A stretch of 64,000 nucleotides of DNA from Hormiphora californensis (taxonomy: Eukaryota > Animalia > Ctenophora). Positions 1 through 11,573 of this stretch are shown in pieces. Position 1 is the stretch's first letter. Each line of letters starts with the position of its first letter. The stretch is from the NCBI GenBank assembly GCA_020137815.1, contig CM035354.1, positions 2,480,001 to 2,544,000 of the forward strand, read 5' to 3'. Both the position numbers and the translations under genes were made by a program. The notes under the pieces were generated by a model that worked only from the letters and a program-made list of their open reading frames with translations, ran no database searches and was not told where the DNA came from.

Positions 1-901
1 CCCTGATCCTAGTCTCCAGGGGTGTCTGGCCCTAATGGTGGTTGTGGTTTTGTCATGTTCTAACCCTCCCAAAAAGGGGGTCGAGCTAGGCAATTGTGGT
101 TGTGGTTAAACAAGGAGGTGCAATGAAATTCTGATTTGACGACGCATATAATGACCGCCTTACACTTTTATCAATAACAGCGAAAGAGGACAACGGAAAG
201 CCGTTTCCAAGAGAGAACTGATAAAAAGTCCCTACCTCGGGAAACCCGGCAGCAACAGAAGCAACAGGGATGTTACAGCCCAGTTGTTTCAGGGCGGCCC
301 GTGCGTCTGCTACCCTACTCGGGTAGACACACACGGCAGCAGTTGTGATGTCATTGAATCCTAGCTGCTCCTTGACATCCTTTCGTACAGGGTGTTTAGC
401 GTAGTGACACAACCTGATGAGAGGGGGGTTGATGGAGGGGGTTGATGGAAGGATGGGTTGGTATACAATATCGGGTGTTAGATTAATGGGTGGTTGCTGG
501 AGGTATTGAAAATACAATCCGGCTCATCTCACAACTCTTTGCTGGAGGTATGCCAAGAACCGACCGACACAAGTAAACAGCCAATCAGAACTCGTTATTT
601 AGGTCACGTGACTGGTTATCAGCCAATCATGGACCAGTATTTCCTGATTCGGTCGGTTCCTGAGGTATGCCAAGATTTGACCAGCTAACCTAAACACGTT
701 GGCACTGGTATCATCACCAGCTAGAGTGGTTAGATCAATCAGGGATACTGCCTTCATCAACCAGGCAGCCTGGTATTCCTTCTTCAGAGCACGCCGTCCC
801 TTCATAGCATTAGCTACCGCCACCACGGCTGGATAGTTAATATGGACATTGGAGATGAGGTCCTCGGAGAATGGGAGACCCGGGTTGCGTTCACACATCA
901 T
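1..901 (-). CDS. DERA: Deoxyribose-phosphate aldolase, 5' part (gene continues past the window start). Exons 690-901, 236-413, 1-31
   Basis: Spliced translation MMCERNPGLPFSEDLISNVHINYPAV...AVSLIDLTTLAGDDTSANVFR|LCHYAKHPVRKD...TTAAVCVYPSRV...IPVASVAAGFPE|GQTPLETRIR. The IDLTTLxGDD, AAVCVYP and VAxGFPxGQT motifs are typical of animal DERA. GT-AG junctions keep the frame. Confidence 0.93.
50..93. mobile_element. 44-bp non-autonomous element of the TTGYYATGTTCTAACCCT...AGGCAA family with 8-bp TSD (other copies 12123-12196, 45743-45805, 48829-48889)
   Basis: Shared termini and exact flanking 8-mers at four loci: ttgtggtt, gataattc, ataaaatc, ctcactgt. Related partial or reverse copies near 22730, 25030-25092, 32140-32240 and 43990. 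Confidence 0.8.
554..662. mobile_element. ~109-bp hAT-like MITE (TIR CAGGAACCGACCGA, mostly 8-bp TSD). Other copies 13449-13557, 26414-26606 (dimer), 31626-31734, 43211-43315, 57906-58013
   Basis: Terminal inverted repeats and TSDs aggtatgc (554), gtctgtgg (26414), ctgttgag (43211), with a 10-bp duplication at 57906. Internal GTCACGTGAC flanked by two CCAATCAG. Confidence 0.85.
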
Positions 902-1183
902 AGCTGCAGGAGGGGTGATGAAGATATAACAACTGGGTGGTTTGGGCAGAACAACAACAACAACAAGGTAATAAACAGATCTCTGTAAATTAAATGAATG
1001 TGTTTATTTGAAAAATGTGAAACAATTATAAGGGTTTCATGCATTATATAAAAACTGATAAACTTTTATCGAAATTACTTCTTCCCCTCACTAAGTTCAT
1101 ATATTCTGGATATATAAACGCTTAGGAAAGCACGATACTGCAATATATGACGGCACATCATTATATCTGTTCAACATTATATA

Positions 1184-2844
1184 TCAAAGACATTCAGGTA
1201 CGGGTTTCTGTGCCGGAATTTCCCACAGTTTAATAGTATGATCATCGGAAACGGAAACTACAAAATTAGGATTTGTCGGGGATGCCTTCACCACGCTCAC
1301 CACATCCTCGTGCTCCTCCTTCTCACAGAGACAAGTTCGGTGCCGGTAATCAAATACCCGTATTGAGCCCATCTCATCAGAGCTGTAAAAGTAGGGATAG
1401 CAACTTGAGGGAAAGAGGAGGAAGAAACTGTCTGAATCAGTGAGCGCCTTGCCAGCGTTTACAGACCACAGGAGGTTAACCTCAAAATCAAACACTTTGA
1501 TAATTAAATCTTGACCGATAGTTGTCCGGGACTCATCAACCCATGGTCTGTAGTTCACTAACACTGTTCTAGCAGTGATATCAGACTCAATGCCCACTAT
1601 ACTCCCTCCAACACAACAGTGATACTGTTCTAATATACCAGCCACCTCCGAAACGGGCTCAGGAGACTCAGCAGCAGGAGGGTTGTTGTCATGGGGACGT
1701 GACTCCCCTACTTGGGGTGCCGTAGCTAACCCGCCATCACGTTGTGGGGGTGCCTCGGAGTGGGCAAACTTAATACACCGGATAACATGCGTGTGGATGA
1801 GCCGGTTATCATCGGCGTAGGATGTCGCGTAGAAGAGGAACACTTCAGTGAAATTCCGTGGTTCCCTAGCAACAGAAAACATACGAATGCTACACCGAGC
1901 CCTGTTTAAATCCTCAGAGAATATCAGCCGGTCTCTGGAAACATACCTCCTGGAAAGTTCATGAAGGTAGACATCTGTGACGGCCTCGTTAAAATTGTAA
2001 TGCGAGGTGACAAGGGAGTGATCACCAAACCATGCCCCGTAAGTATCCCGGGGAAAAGTGTAAGTGTTGCTGACATAAGTTAAACTGGGTATGTGGTAGA
2101 TGGATATTATCCCACGTTCATCTCGTGTTTCATTGGCGGCAGAGGTAGTCACCGCCAGGTAGGTATCTGATTGGTTGAACTCAGCCTTCATGGCATAGCC
2201 CCAAGAATCAGAGGTCAGGATCCCCAGAATAGTCACACTTTTCCGGCTGTACGGAGATACCATCCAGATCACTACAGTGCAATCACGGGACGAGGTAGCA
2301 AGATACCGACCTGAGTGGGAGAATGCCACGTGCAAAACCTCGTCCGTGTGTACACGGAGTGTTAGCCAGGGTTGTATGTTTGAGACACGGTGAAACTCGG
2401 CATACTCTGCCAACCAGGAAGCAGGGACATCTTCCTGATCATCAGATTTGTTCAGTGTGGTACCCCATTTATCAATGAAATGGTTCTTCCAGAACAGATT
2501 ATCTGAAGGAAGAGAATTGGGTTTGTAACGAAGAGTTTGGGTATTTATAACAAAACAAATCAGAGCTTGGATTATTTATAATAACCTCTTAGAAATAAAA
2601 GCAAGGAAGTTTAGTTCAACAGTTGAACTAAACTTCCTTGCTTTTATTTGTAAACAGCTCCTCCTGGTGAGTAGAGCACTATCCGAGGCAAGGACAATCA
2701 GCTATAATAACCTCTTAGAGCGATGTACCACGAGTGCGCTACCAGGGAACACTCTGCCAAATCACGTGGCGTGAGATGGTGAAAAACCCGGAGCAATATA
2801 TCGTAGGGTAATCGCAACCATTGGTCAGTCGCACAGTTTTCCAT
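1184..2844 (-). CDS. FBXW5: F-box/WD repeat protein 5-like. Exons 2712-2844 and 1184-2502
   Basis: Exon 1 encodes an F-box (MENCATDQWLRLPYDILLRVFHHLTPRDLAECSLVAHSWYIALR|DNLFWK). Exon 2 has WD40s HTDEVLHVAFSHSGRYLATSSRDCTVVIW and HEDVVSVVKASP..VSVSDDHTIKLW, resembling the first and last FBXW5 repeats. Confidence 0.85.
2593..2649. repeat. Perfect 57-bp palindrome (28-bp arms, 1-nt loop) in the FBXW5 intron
   Basis: aaataaaagcaaggaagtttagttcaac-a-gttgaactaaacttccttgcttttattt. Confidence 0.9.
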
Positions 2845-3467
2845 TCATTTAGGTAGTTCGCTTCTTTGTTCGGTAAGTCTTTCTAAACTATAAAACGGTT
2901 GTTGTTAGGTGCCTTTTTTCCTAATCAAGGAGTAATGAAAAGGGCTTGTATGGTTTGAAAGTTCCGAATCGGTACCGAGCCCCCAGTTCCCGAATCCCAC
3001 TCTTGAAAACTTTGCAAGTTTCGTTTTTTTTTGTGATCTGTTTGGTTTATGTTGCAGTGCGATGTTTCCACAGGTTGGTCGAGGCCTGGGCCATGAGGGG
3101 TCTCCAGGGTAGGAAATCCGTTTTAGACAAAATATTTTTGTTTGGCAAACGTTGTGGCGGAAAACGTTAAAATCTGGGTGCCTTTCATTGCTAACAATTC
3201 GTAGTTTTGGCGCGCGCGACGAGTTAGGGCTATCCGTTAGGGTCTGGTTAGGGTTTGGTTTGGGGTTACCGGTTAGGGCTATCGATTCTCTAGCTGATAC
3301 CGTTTAGTTTACACAAATCGGCCATGTGGTTCCATGGCTATAGCCGTTTGAAAAAAGTCGGTCTAAGTATACTCTTTTGGCAGCGCGCACCTGTAAACAG
3401 GCTGCAAGGCACCCAGATTATAAAGTCCGTTTCAAGCGACTTGACCCGTAATTCTTGGAATTTGGCG

Positions 3468-3986
3468 CATAAGGAACCATAATAAAGTTCAAGAGCCTCC
3501 AAGAGCGCACCACAATCAAGAGAGACCAAAATCAAGAGCACACCACAATCAAGAGGGACCAAAATCAAGAGCACACCACAATCAAGAGAGACCAAATCAA
3601 GAGCGCACCACAATCAAGAGAGACCAAATTCAAGAGTGCACCACATCTGGTATCTTCTGGATAGGGAGCTCTCTTGGATGAGGTGCGCTCTTGATTTGGT
3701 CTCTCTTGATTGTGGTGCGCTCTTGATTAGGTCTCTCTTGATTGTGGTGCGCTCTTGATTTTGAAATGAAAATGAAAATGAACTTCAATATTTATATTAG
3801 AGTCATATAAGTGACTCGTCCCGCTCTCACACTACAGACATATACAAATAAGTCATATATATCCTACAAGGCTGAGAGGCTTAGAGCCTCTCTTGATTGT
3901 GGTGCGCTCTTGATTTTGGTCTCTCTTGGATGGGGTGCGCTCTTGGGCGCTCTTGGAGGCTCTTGAACTTTATTATGGTTCCTTAT
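3468..3986. mobile_element. Foldback-type element whose inverted arms are built of ~32-bp tandem subrepeats, with an unrelated insertion at ~3763-3888
   Basis: Outer IR ataaggaaccataataaagttcaagagcctccaagagcgc / gcgctcttggaggctcttgaactttattatggttccttat. Subrepeat aagagcgcaccacaatcaagagagaccaaa(a)tc switches orientation near 3650. Confidence 0.8.
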
Positions 3987-5386
3987 TGCGCGTGTATTTA
4001 CAAAGGGGAAATCCTGAATTTCCAGGAATCTCAGGTCAAGTCGTTTGAAACGCACTTTAATCGCGCCCCGTTGTGGCGACGTTAAAATTTTTTTAGTGGG
4101 GAAAATACCCCCCCAAAAAGGCACGTTTTTGTGACCTATTCAGGAGTGAAGAAGGGCAATTTATGAACAGATTTGTGGAAAAAATTTTTTCAAAAAATGT
4201 TTGTACCCGGGTCAAATGACTAATTGAAGCTAATTAAACCCCTGTTTGCCAGTTAAACGGACAAATGCCTCTCATTTCTGATTGATAGATCAGATTTGAG
4301 TCTAGTAAAAACCTTAGTGTTTTAAATTTATGTGTTCACAAGATACAGTTTAAAATTTGATCAAAATAGGTTCCAAATTAGGCTTTTGAGCCTAGGGCAA
4401 CTTGCATGGGTGCGCGTCTTTTTAGAACGATAACAATGCTTACTTTCATCGCGCGCAAGACCTATGTATATCGCGCGTAAGATAGGTAGACCTCATTTTG
4501 GACAGATTTCATCCAGACAGAGCACTGGCAATTATAGTCTAAATCATGTTTGATAATTTCTTCCTCATTTCATGACCATTTCCAAGGTTTCAGTAATCCG
4601 ATATCATACTCACAGTTTAAAACATGTTTGTATGGAGATAGAAATCGAGTAAGAGGGTGAGAGAGAGGTAGAGAGGGGTAGGGAGAGACAGAGAGAACTG
4701 AGAAAGACAGATAATTATCTACACACATGTTTTAATTATTCAACGACACTATTCACTGTATTTGTTTACCAGTAACTTAAACTGATATGGATAATAAAAC
4801 GGTAAACACTGCAAATATATTAAAAACATAAACAATTTAAAACATCATCACATTTATATACAAGAGAGAATTCTCCCGCTTCTTGCGGAACAAAGATACA
4901 AAGATTGTGAGTTAAATTCGCTTGAGATTATCTTTTTCCATGGCGAGGAGTGTCACTCTTTCACTTCGAGGGTTCAGAGGAAGACTGAGAGAGAGGACAC
5001 TACTGAAGTAATTGGTTGTTTTAAGTGCCTTATAGCACAGTGTACTTTTGGCGACAGAGAGCGCATTTATCATGTACATCCGAGCACTCTCGGAAATAAG
5101 GTTTTAATACGGAAGCCCTCCCCCCACCACACATTTATAAAAATTAAAAAACAGTCCATTGAAGTAAACAGTATAATAAGCTGGGCAAAAGATACACCCG
5201 ATGGCTGATCTATCTGGACCAAGATGTGCTCCATCACTTTGCGGTATATATAGCTGTGTTTTCCTGTCTCTCATCAATTCAATAGCAAGAATCCAACAAT
5301 TTAAAGGATTACAGTCACCACTCCTCCAATCACACCTAAAAAGGGAATTGGGGATTAGGGGTTACAATAACAGAAGAAGTTACCAA

Positions 5387-6458
5387 ATTAGGGGAAATTA
5401 GGGAGAAATTAGGGAGAAATTAGGGGAAATTAGGGATAAATTAGGGATAAATTAGGGGTAAATTAGGGAGAATTTAGGGAGAATTTAGGGAGAATTTAGG
5501 GAGAATTTAGGGATAAATTAGGGATAAATTAGGAATAAATTAGGAATAAATTAGGGATAAATTAGGGAGAATTTAGGGAGAATTTAGGGAGAATTTAGGG
5601 AGAATTAAGGGAGAATTTAGGGATAAATTAGGAATAAATTAGGAATAAATTAGGGAGAATTTAGGGAGAATTAAGGGAGAGTTTAGGGAGAATTTAGGGA
5701 GAATTTAGGGAGAATTTAGGGATAAATTAGGGATAAATTAGGGATAAATTAGGAATAAATTAGGAATAAATTAGGGAGAATTTAGGGAGAATTTAGGGAG
5801 AATTTAGGGATAAATTAGGGATAAATTAGAAATAAATTAGGAATAAATTAGGGATAAATTAGGGAGAATTTAGGGAGAATTTAGGGATAAATTGGGGAGA
5901 ATTTAGGGATAAATTAGGGATAAATTAGAAATAAATTAGGAATAAATTAGGAATAAATTAGGGAGAATTTAGGTAGAATTTAGGGAGAATTTAGGGAGAA
6001 TTAAGGGAGAATTTAGGGATAAATTAGGAATAAATTAGGAATAAATTAGGGAGAATTTAGGGAGAATTAAGGGAGAGTTTAGGGAGAATTTAGGGAGAAT
6101 TTAGGGAGAATTTAGGGATAAATTAGGGATAAATTAGGGATAAATTAGGAATAAATTAGGAATAAATTAGGGAGAATTTAGGGAGAATTTAGGGAGAATT
6201 TAGGGATAAATTAGGGATAAATTAGAAATAAATTAGGAATAAATTAGGGATAAATTAGGGAGAATTTAGGGAGAATTTAGGGATAAATTGGGGATAAATT
6301 AACGATAAATTAGGAATAAATTAGGAATAAATTAGGGAGAATTTAGGGAGAATTTAGGGAGAATTTAGGGAGAATTTAGGGATAAATTAAGGATAAATTA
6401 GGAATAAATTAGGAATAAATTAGGGATAAATTAGGGAGAATTTAGGGAGAATTTAGGG
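5387..6458 (+). repeat. 11-bp minisatellite with a TTAGGG core (ttagggagaat / ttagggataaa variants)
   Basis: Direct reading: roughly 97 units with variant blocks that recur as higher-order repeats. Confidence 0.95.
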
Positions 6459-8428
6459 AGGAAGGGAGGCGGAAGAGAAGAGTAGGGGAAGAGAAGGAGG
6501 GGGGAAGAGAAGGGAGGGGAAGAGAAGGAGGGGAAGAGAAGGGAGGGGAAGAGAAGAGAGGGGAAGAGAAGGGAGGGGAAGAGAAGGGAGGGAAGAGAAG
6601 GGAGGGGAAGAGAAGGGAGGGGAAGAGAAGGGACGGGGAAAAGAAGGGAGGGGAAGAGAAGGGAGGGGAAGAGAAGGGAGGGGAAGAGAAGGGAGGGGAA
6701 GAGAAGGGAGGGGAAGAGAAGGGAGGGGAGAGAAGGGAGGGGAAGAGAAGGGAGGGGAAGAGAAGGGAGGGGAAGAGAAGGGAGGGAAGAGAAGGGAGGG
6801 AAGAGAAGGGAGGGGAAGAGAAGGGAGGGGAAGAGAAGGGAGGGGAAGAGAAGAGAGGGGAAGAGAAGGGAGGGGAAGAGAAGGGAGGGGAAGAGAAGGG
6901 AGGGGAAGAGAAGGGAGGGGAAGAGAAGGGAGGGGAAGAGAAGGGAGGGGAAGAGAAGGGAGGGGAAGAGAAGGGAGGGGAAGAGAAGGGAGGGGAAGAG
7001 AAGGGAGGGGAAGAGAAGGGAGGGGAAGAGAAGGGAGGGGAAGAGAAGGGAGGGGAAGAGAAGGGAGGGGAAGAGAAGGGAGGGGAAGAGAAGGGAGGGA
7101 AGAGAAGGGAGGGGAAGAGAAGGGAGGGGAAGAGAAGGGAAGGGAAGAGAAGGGAGGGAAGAGAAGGGAGGGAAGAGAAGGGAGGGGAAGAGAAGGGAGG
7201 GAAGAGAAGGGAAGGGGAAGAGAAGGGAGGGAAGAGAAGGGAGGGAAGAGAAGGGAGGGGAAGAGAAGGGAGGGAAGGAGAAGGGAAGGAAGGGAAGGGA
7301 AGGGAAGGGAAGGGAAGGGAAGGGAAGGGAAGGGAAGGGAAGGGAAGGGAAGGGAAGGGAAGGGAAGGGAAGGGAAGGGAAGGGAAGGGAAGGGAAGGGA
7401 AGGGAAGGGAAGGGAAGGGAAGGGAAGGAAGGGAAGGGAAGGGAGGGAAGGGAAGGGAAGGGAAGGGAAGGGAAGGGAAGGGAAGGGAAGGGAAGGGAAG
7501 GGAAGGGAAGGGAAGGGAAGGGAAGGGAAGGGAAGGGAAGGGAAGGGAAGGGAAGGGAAGGAAAGCCGGAAGGGAAGGGAAGGGAAGGGAAGGGAAGGGA
7601 AGGGAAGCCGGAAGGGAAGGGAAGGGAAGGGAAGGGAAGGGAAGGGAAGGGAAGGGAAGGGAAGGGAAGGGAAGGAAGGGAAGGGAAGGGAAGGGAAGGG
7701 AAGGGAAGGGAAGGGAAGGGAAGGGAAGGGAAGGGAAGGGAAGGGAAGGGAAGGGAAGGGAAGGGAAGGGAAGGGAAGGGAAGGGAAGGGAAGGGAAGGG
7801 AAGGGAAGGGAAGGGAAGGGAAGGGAAGGGAAGGGAAGGGAAGGGAAGGGAAGGGAAGGGAAGGGAAGGGAAGGGAAGGGAAGGGAAGGGAAGGGAAGGG
7901 AAGGGAAGGGAAGGGAAGGGAAGGGAAGGGAAGGGAAGGGAAGGGAAGGGAAGGGAAGGGAAGGGAAGGGAAGGGAAGGGAAGGGAAGGGAAGGGAAGGG
8001 AAGGGAAGGGAAGGGAAGGGAAGGGAAGGGAAGGGAAGGGAAGGGAAGGGAAGGGAAGGGAAGGGAAGGGAAGGGAAGGGAAGGGAAGGGAAGGGAAGGG
8101 AAGGGAAGGGAAGGGAAGGGAAGGGAAGGGAAGGGAAGGGAAGGGAAGGGAAGGGAAGGGAAGGGAAGGGAAGGGAAGGGAAGGGAAGGGAAGGGAAGGG
8201 AAGGGAAGGGAAGGGAAGGGAAGGAAGGGAAGGGAAGGGAAGGGAAGGGAAGGGAAGGGAAGGGAAGGGAAGGGAAGGGAAGGGAAGGGAAGGGAAGGGA
8301 AGGGAAGGGAAGGGAAGGGAAGGGAAGGGAAGGGAAGGGAAGGGAAGGGAAGGGAAGGGAAGGGAAGGGAAGGGAAGGGAAGGGAAGGGAAGGGAAGGGA
8401 AGGGAAGGGAAGGGAAGGGAAGGGAAGG
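6459..8428 (+). repeat. Polypurine satellite: 15-mer (gggaagagaagggag)n to ~7272, then (gggaa)n to 8428
   Basis: Direct reading. It explains the spurious PFPSL ORFs at 6431-8813. Confidence 0.97.
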
Positions 8429-10734
8429 GGTAGTGGCGCTTGGGGTAGCTGTACGCATAACACACTAACCTATCATGGAGATATCTCCAGATGAGGGTCA
8501 ACAGATGAAGTGGACTGTCCCATGCCGCATGTGGTAGTCGAACACTCCGTTTACTGGGATGGTAATGGTTATGGGATGTGTGTACTGGAGGCTCTTGCGG
8601 TGTTTTCCGCGCCGTGGGGGCTTCTGCTTGTGTCGTTGCTGGTAACTTCCACCTCTCACATAACAAGTCCGATTCAGTCCACCTCCGCGTGGTCCATCCT
8701 GGTAACGTCAATCTGTTAAGGGAGAGAGAGAGTGGGTGAGCGAGTAGAGAGAGTTCTGAGAGAGTGACGGCTAAATGACTACGGACGTCCAGACAACTTC
8801 TGGATATTTTCAATTCTGACTCACGTCAACCCCGCTATATACAGCAACCCCTGAGGGCTCTGCCCGTCGACCCGGCTGCTGTCGCCTGCAAAACAGCTCT
8901 CTTGCCCAAGGCTGTCTTTATGACAGGGCAGAGATAAACCCAGTAATAACCAAGTAGGGGCTGGTCGCCCCTGGGGAACCCCTGCCCAAATTTGCACCTA
9001 AAAACCTCTGCCTATTTAACCCCCACACCCTATTTGTTCCAAAAAACAGATCTAGACACAAAATAACTTACCCTACCACTACTTCAAACGTAACGCGCGA
9101 AAACGCCATGGTGAACAAAGTCCGACCCAGGCCGAACAAACTGTGCGCACAGTTCCAAGCCCAAGTTCTAGACTCCTCAGACACACCCTACCCCCCCCCC
9201 CCCTAATCCCAAGCTCCGCACATGCGTGATCTCCACACCTACAACAAATCACCGAGCCTCAGACACGCACACCCCAAAACAAGGCAAGTGACAAACCTAC
9301 AAATCTGAAAGACCCTTTAGTAGTCAGGGAAAAGCCCATTACAGTTTGGGACACTTAAACAATGGTACCCTTATTCAAATAGCAGACACGCTTACACTGA
9401 GACCCCTCGCATTAATTACGCGAAGCCTTGAGTGAACTGATACTGGTCAAATGCACTCAGGGACAACCATAGACGTTGTTTTACAGCAACTAATCTATAA
9501 CCTGGCCACCCGGCGATGGCAACATCGCCTGACCGGACCCTTGGGTCGTACTTGTGAATACATTACTAGCTAGCTTAGACTACAAGACCCCTGGTGTAAA
9601 GATAAGCATTTAATCCCTTGATAGGTAATCAATGATATCCGGCAAATCACCTACTTCCACAGTTGTCGTGACAGTGGTAACCAAAGACCATCCAATCGGA
9701 AGGTAAGTCCCATCACATGTCTGCGGGGAAAGATTTCTCCGTGCCAAACCCGACACAGACTCGCATGCTCCTTTTGCGGTACCACAAAGAGACTGCTGGG
9801 AAACCAGTGGAATCTAAGTGGAATCATACCGACAGTGACCCTGCGTGTGGGGGTCATCTGGCAAGGAGTGAGGTCAGTAACGGGCCGGCTGAGGGGTCAT
9901 CAATAACCTCAGCATGGGGTGGAACGACGGGAGGTACCGAACACACACACACACACACTCCGTTTACTGTGGATTACACACCATCGTAACTCTCGGTGCC
10001 CGGTGGTGGCACATTTTAATAGCCAGAGGTACTCCTGAATGGGATTTGGTCGTTAGAAATTCGTTTTTGGTAGCCCATTACCCATTTTGACACTTCTGTC
10101 AGTGGACCCGTGCTGACAAGAAGGGGAAGAAATGAAAAGAGAGCCGTGGCTTGAAGTCAATACCTAGAACAAACCTTTTTTATTCACATAACCCTCCAAC
10201 TCCACCTCTTCCATCAATTGTATAGTAACTGCAAAGTTTAGTACTCGCCAGACGCCATATATGCCCTTTTTTTCCAGCATTCCAAATAGGGCCTGAGCCC
10301 TGACGGTCAGAGGACAACCAATCGCATACCATAGACTGTTTGCTGGCATTTTTTACTTATCAATGACGGGAGAATCATAAATTCGCCTTTCCAAAGGTTT
10401 TTTATTGTTTGGGAAGTCGTTCTTAGGAAAGCAAAAGTCAAAACAAAAAAATACACACTTTTTTTAAAAATGCACACTTTTTTAAAAAAGTCTGGGTCAA
10501 ATTGAGCTTGGAATTTCGAAATCGACAAAAATTTTCAAAATCTACAAAACGCGCAGCGCGCTCCGACGCGCAAATCGAAAAACGACGCCGCGCACCCCCC
10601 CATTTTCCCCACTATTTTTAAAATCTGGGTGTTTGGTTACGCGCAAATCCAGAATTTACGCCGCGCACGCGCGCGCGGTTTTTTTAGCTCGGAGAAAATC
10701 ACAGCTCGAATCAGACGTCCTGGCCTCGTATTTC

Positions 10735-11179
10735 AGAAATCAGAGCATTTACCCGGAAGATCCAAGGGATGAAGGAGCTGGACTATTGGCAGCGTCTAGA
10801 GGCGCTGGATCTCATGTCCCTCCAGAGAAGACGTCAACGATATGAGATGATACACGTTTGGAAAATCTATCACGGGCTAGTACCAAACTGCGTGCAAATG
10901 GAGTTCCATATTGGCCGGTTAGGAGTCCAGGCAAAGACACAGAAATACCCTTACTGGGCAGATTCCAAATGGGCAGGTCAGTTGTACAACTCGTTCAGCT
11001 TCAGGGCACCTCAACTATGGAACAGACTCCCTCGAGAGGTTACTCTTTCAGGCACCCTTCCTGGGTTAAAGGCTAACTTGGGTGCATTCATGAAGCAATT
11101 CCATGACAGACCACCGGTGCGTGGCTACACGACGATCCCAAATGATTTCAGAGATGCAGGAAGAAAGAACGTTGTGTGA
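10735..11179 (+). mobile_element. 5'-truncated non-LTR retrotransposon (CR1/L2-group) ORF2 C-terminal fragment
   Basis: QRAFTRKIQGMKELDYWQRLEALDLMSLQRRRQRYEMIHVWKI...SFSFRAPQLWNRLP is the characteristic post-RT tail of LINE ORF2. Confidence 0.85.
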
Positions 11180-11573
11180 GGCTGTAAATGTTGTTTTGCT
11201 GCTCATGCTGTTTATGTTTTTATGTTAAGTAAGGGACTGTAAATAAACAATTTGACAAGGAGGACCCACGCGATGGGAATTTCATCACGTTTTATGTATT
11301 GTGTAAAAATATAATTGAACTTGAACTTGAACTTGTTGTTGAAAAGCGCTGCCTTATCCCGGGGGCCAGCAAGGTTTGCCAAGAGTTGTTGTAGAGCATA
11401 TTCAATACCCGAATGTTCAACCAAATGTTCACCTTAACACATAATATGACAAAAAAAAGTACTGGATCTCAATTTTCATTAATTTTCAACAGCTTTAAGT
11501 TACCGAATGCCATGTTATAATTTTGTTTAACTCTAACGTACATAATTTTTGCAGCACATAAAATACAAATGAT

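Larger units (their letters stand above)
5200..9190 (-). ncRNA. Candidate multi-exon transcript with no convincing ORF. Putative exons ~9190-9072, 8997-8825, 8712-8470, and 5335 onward
   Basis: Chain of consensus sites: GG|gtaagt (9071), ttttag| (8998), |gtgagt (8824), aacag| (8713), AG|gttagt (8469), ctttttag| (5336). Introns of 74 and 112 nt match local intron sizes. Outer boundaries are guesses. Confidence 0.35.

Noticed and set aside
5387-6458. True telomere or chromosome end
   Set aside because: The unit is 11 bp, not tandem TTAGGG, and ordinary genes lie on both sides.
8470-8560. Selenocysteine readthrough of TGA in ..VHFIC*PSSGDISMIG..
   Set aside because: No selenoprotein-like motif and no SECIS that I could identify. 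The frame itself is unsupported.
6431-8813. Three 670-790 aa Pro/Phe/Ser/Leu ORFs
   Set aside because: Open in all three frames only because (TTCCC)n and the 15-mer contain no stop codons. Satellite artefact.
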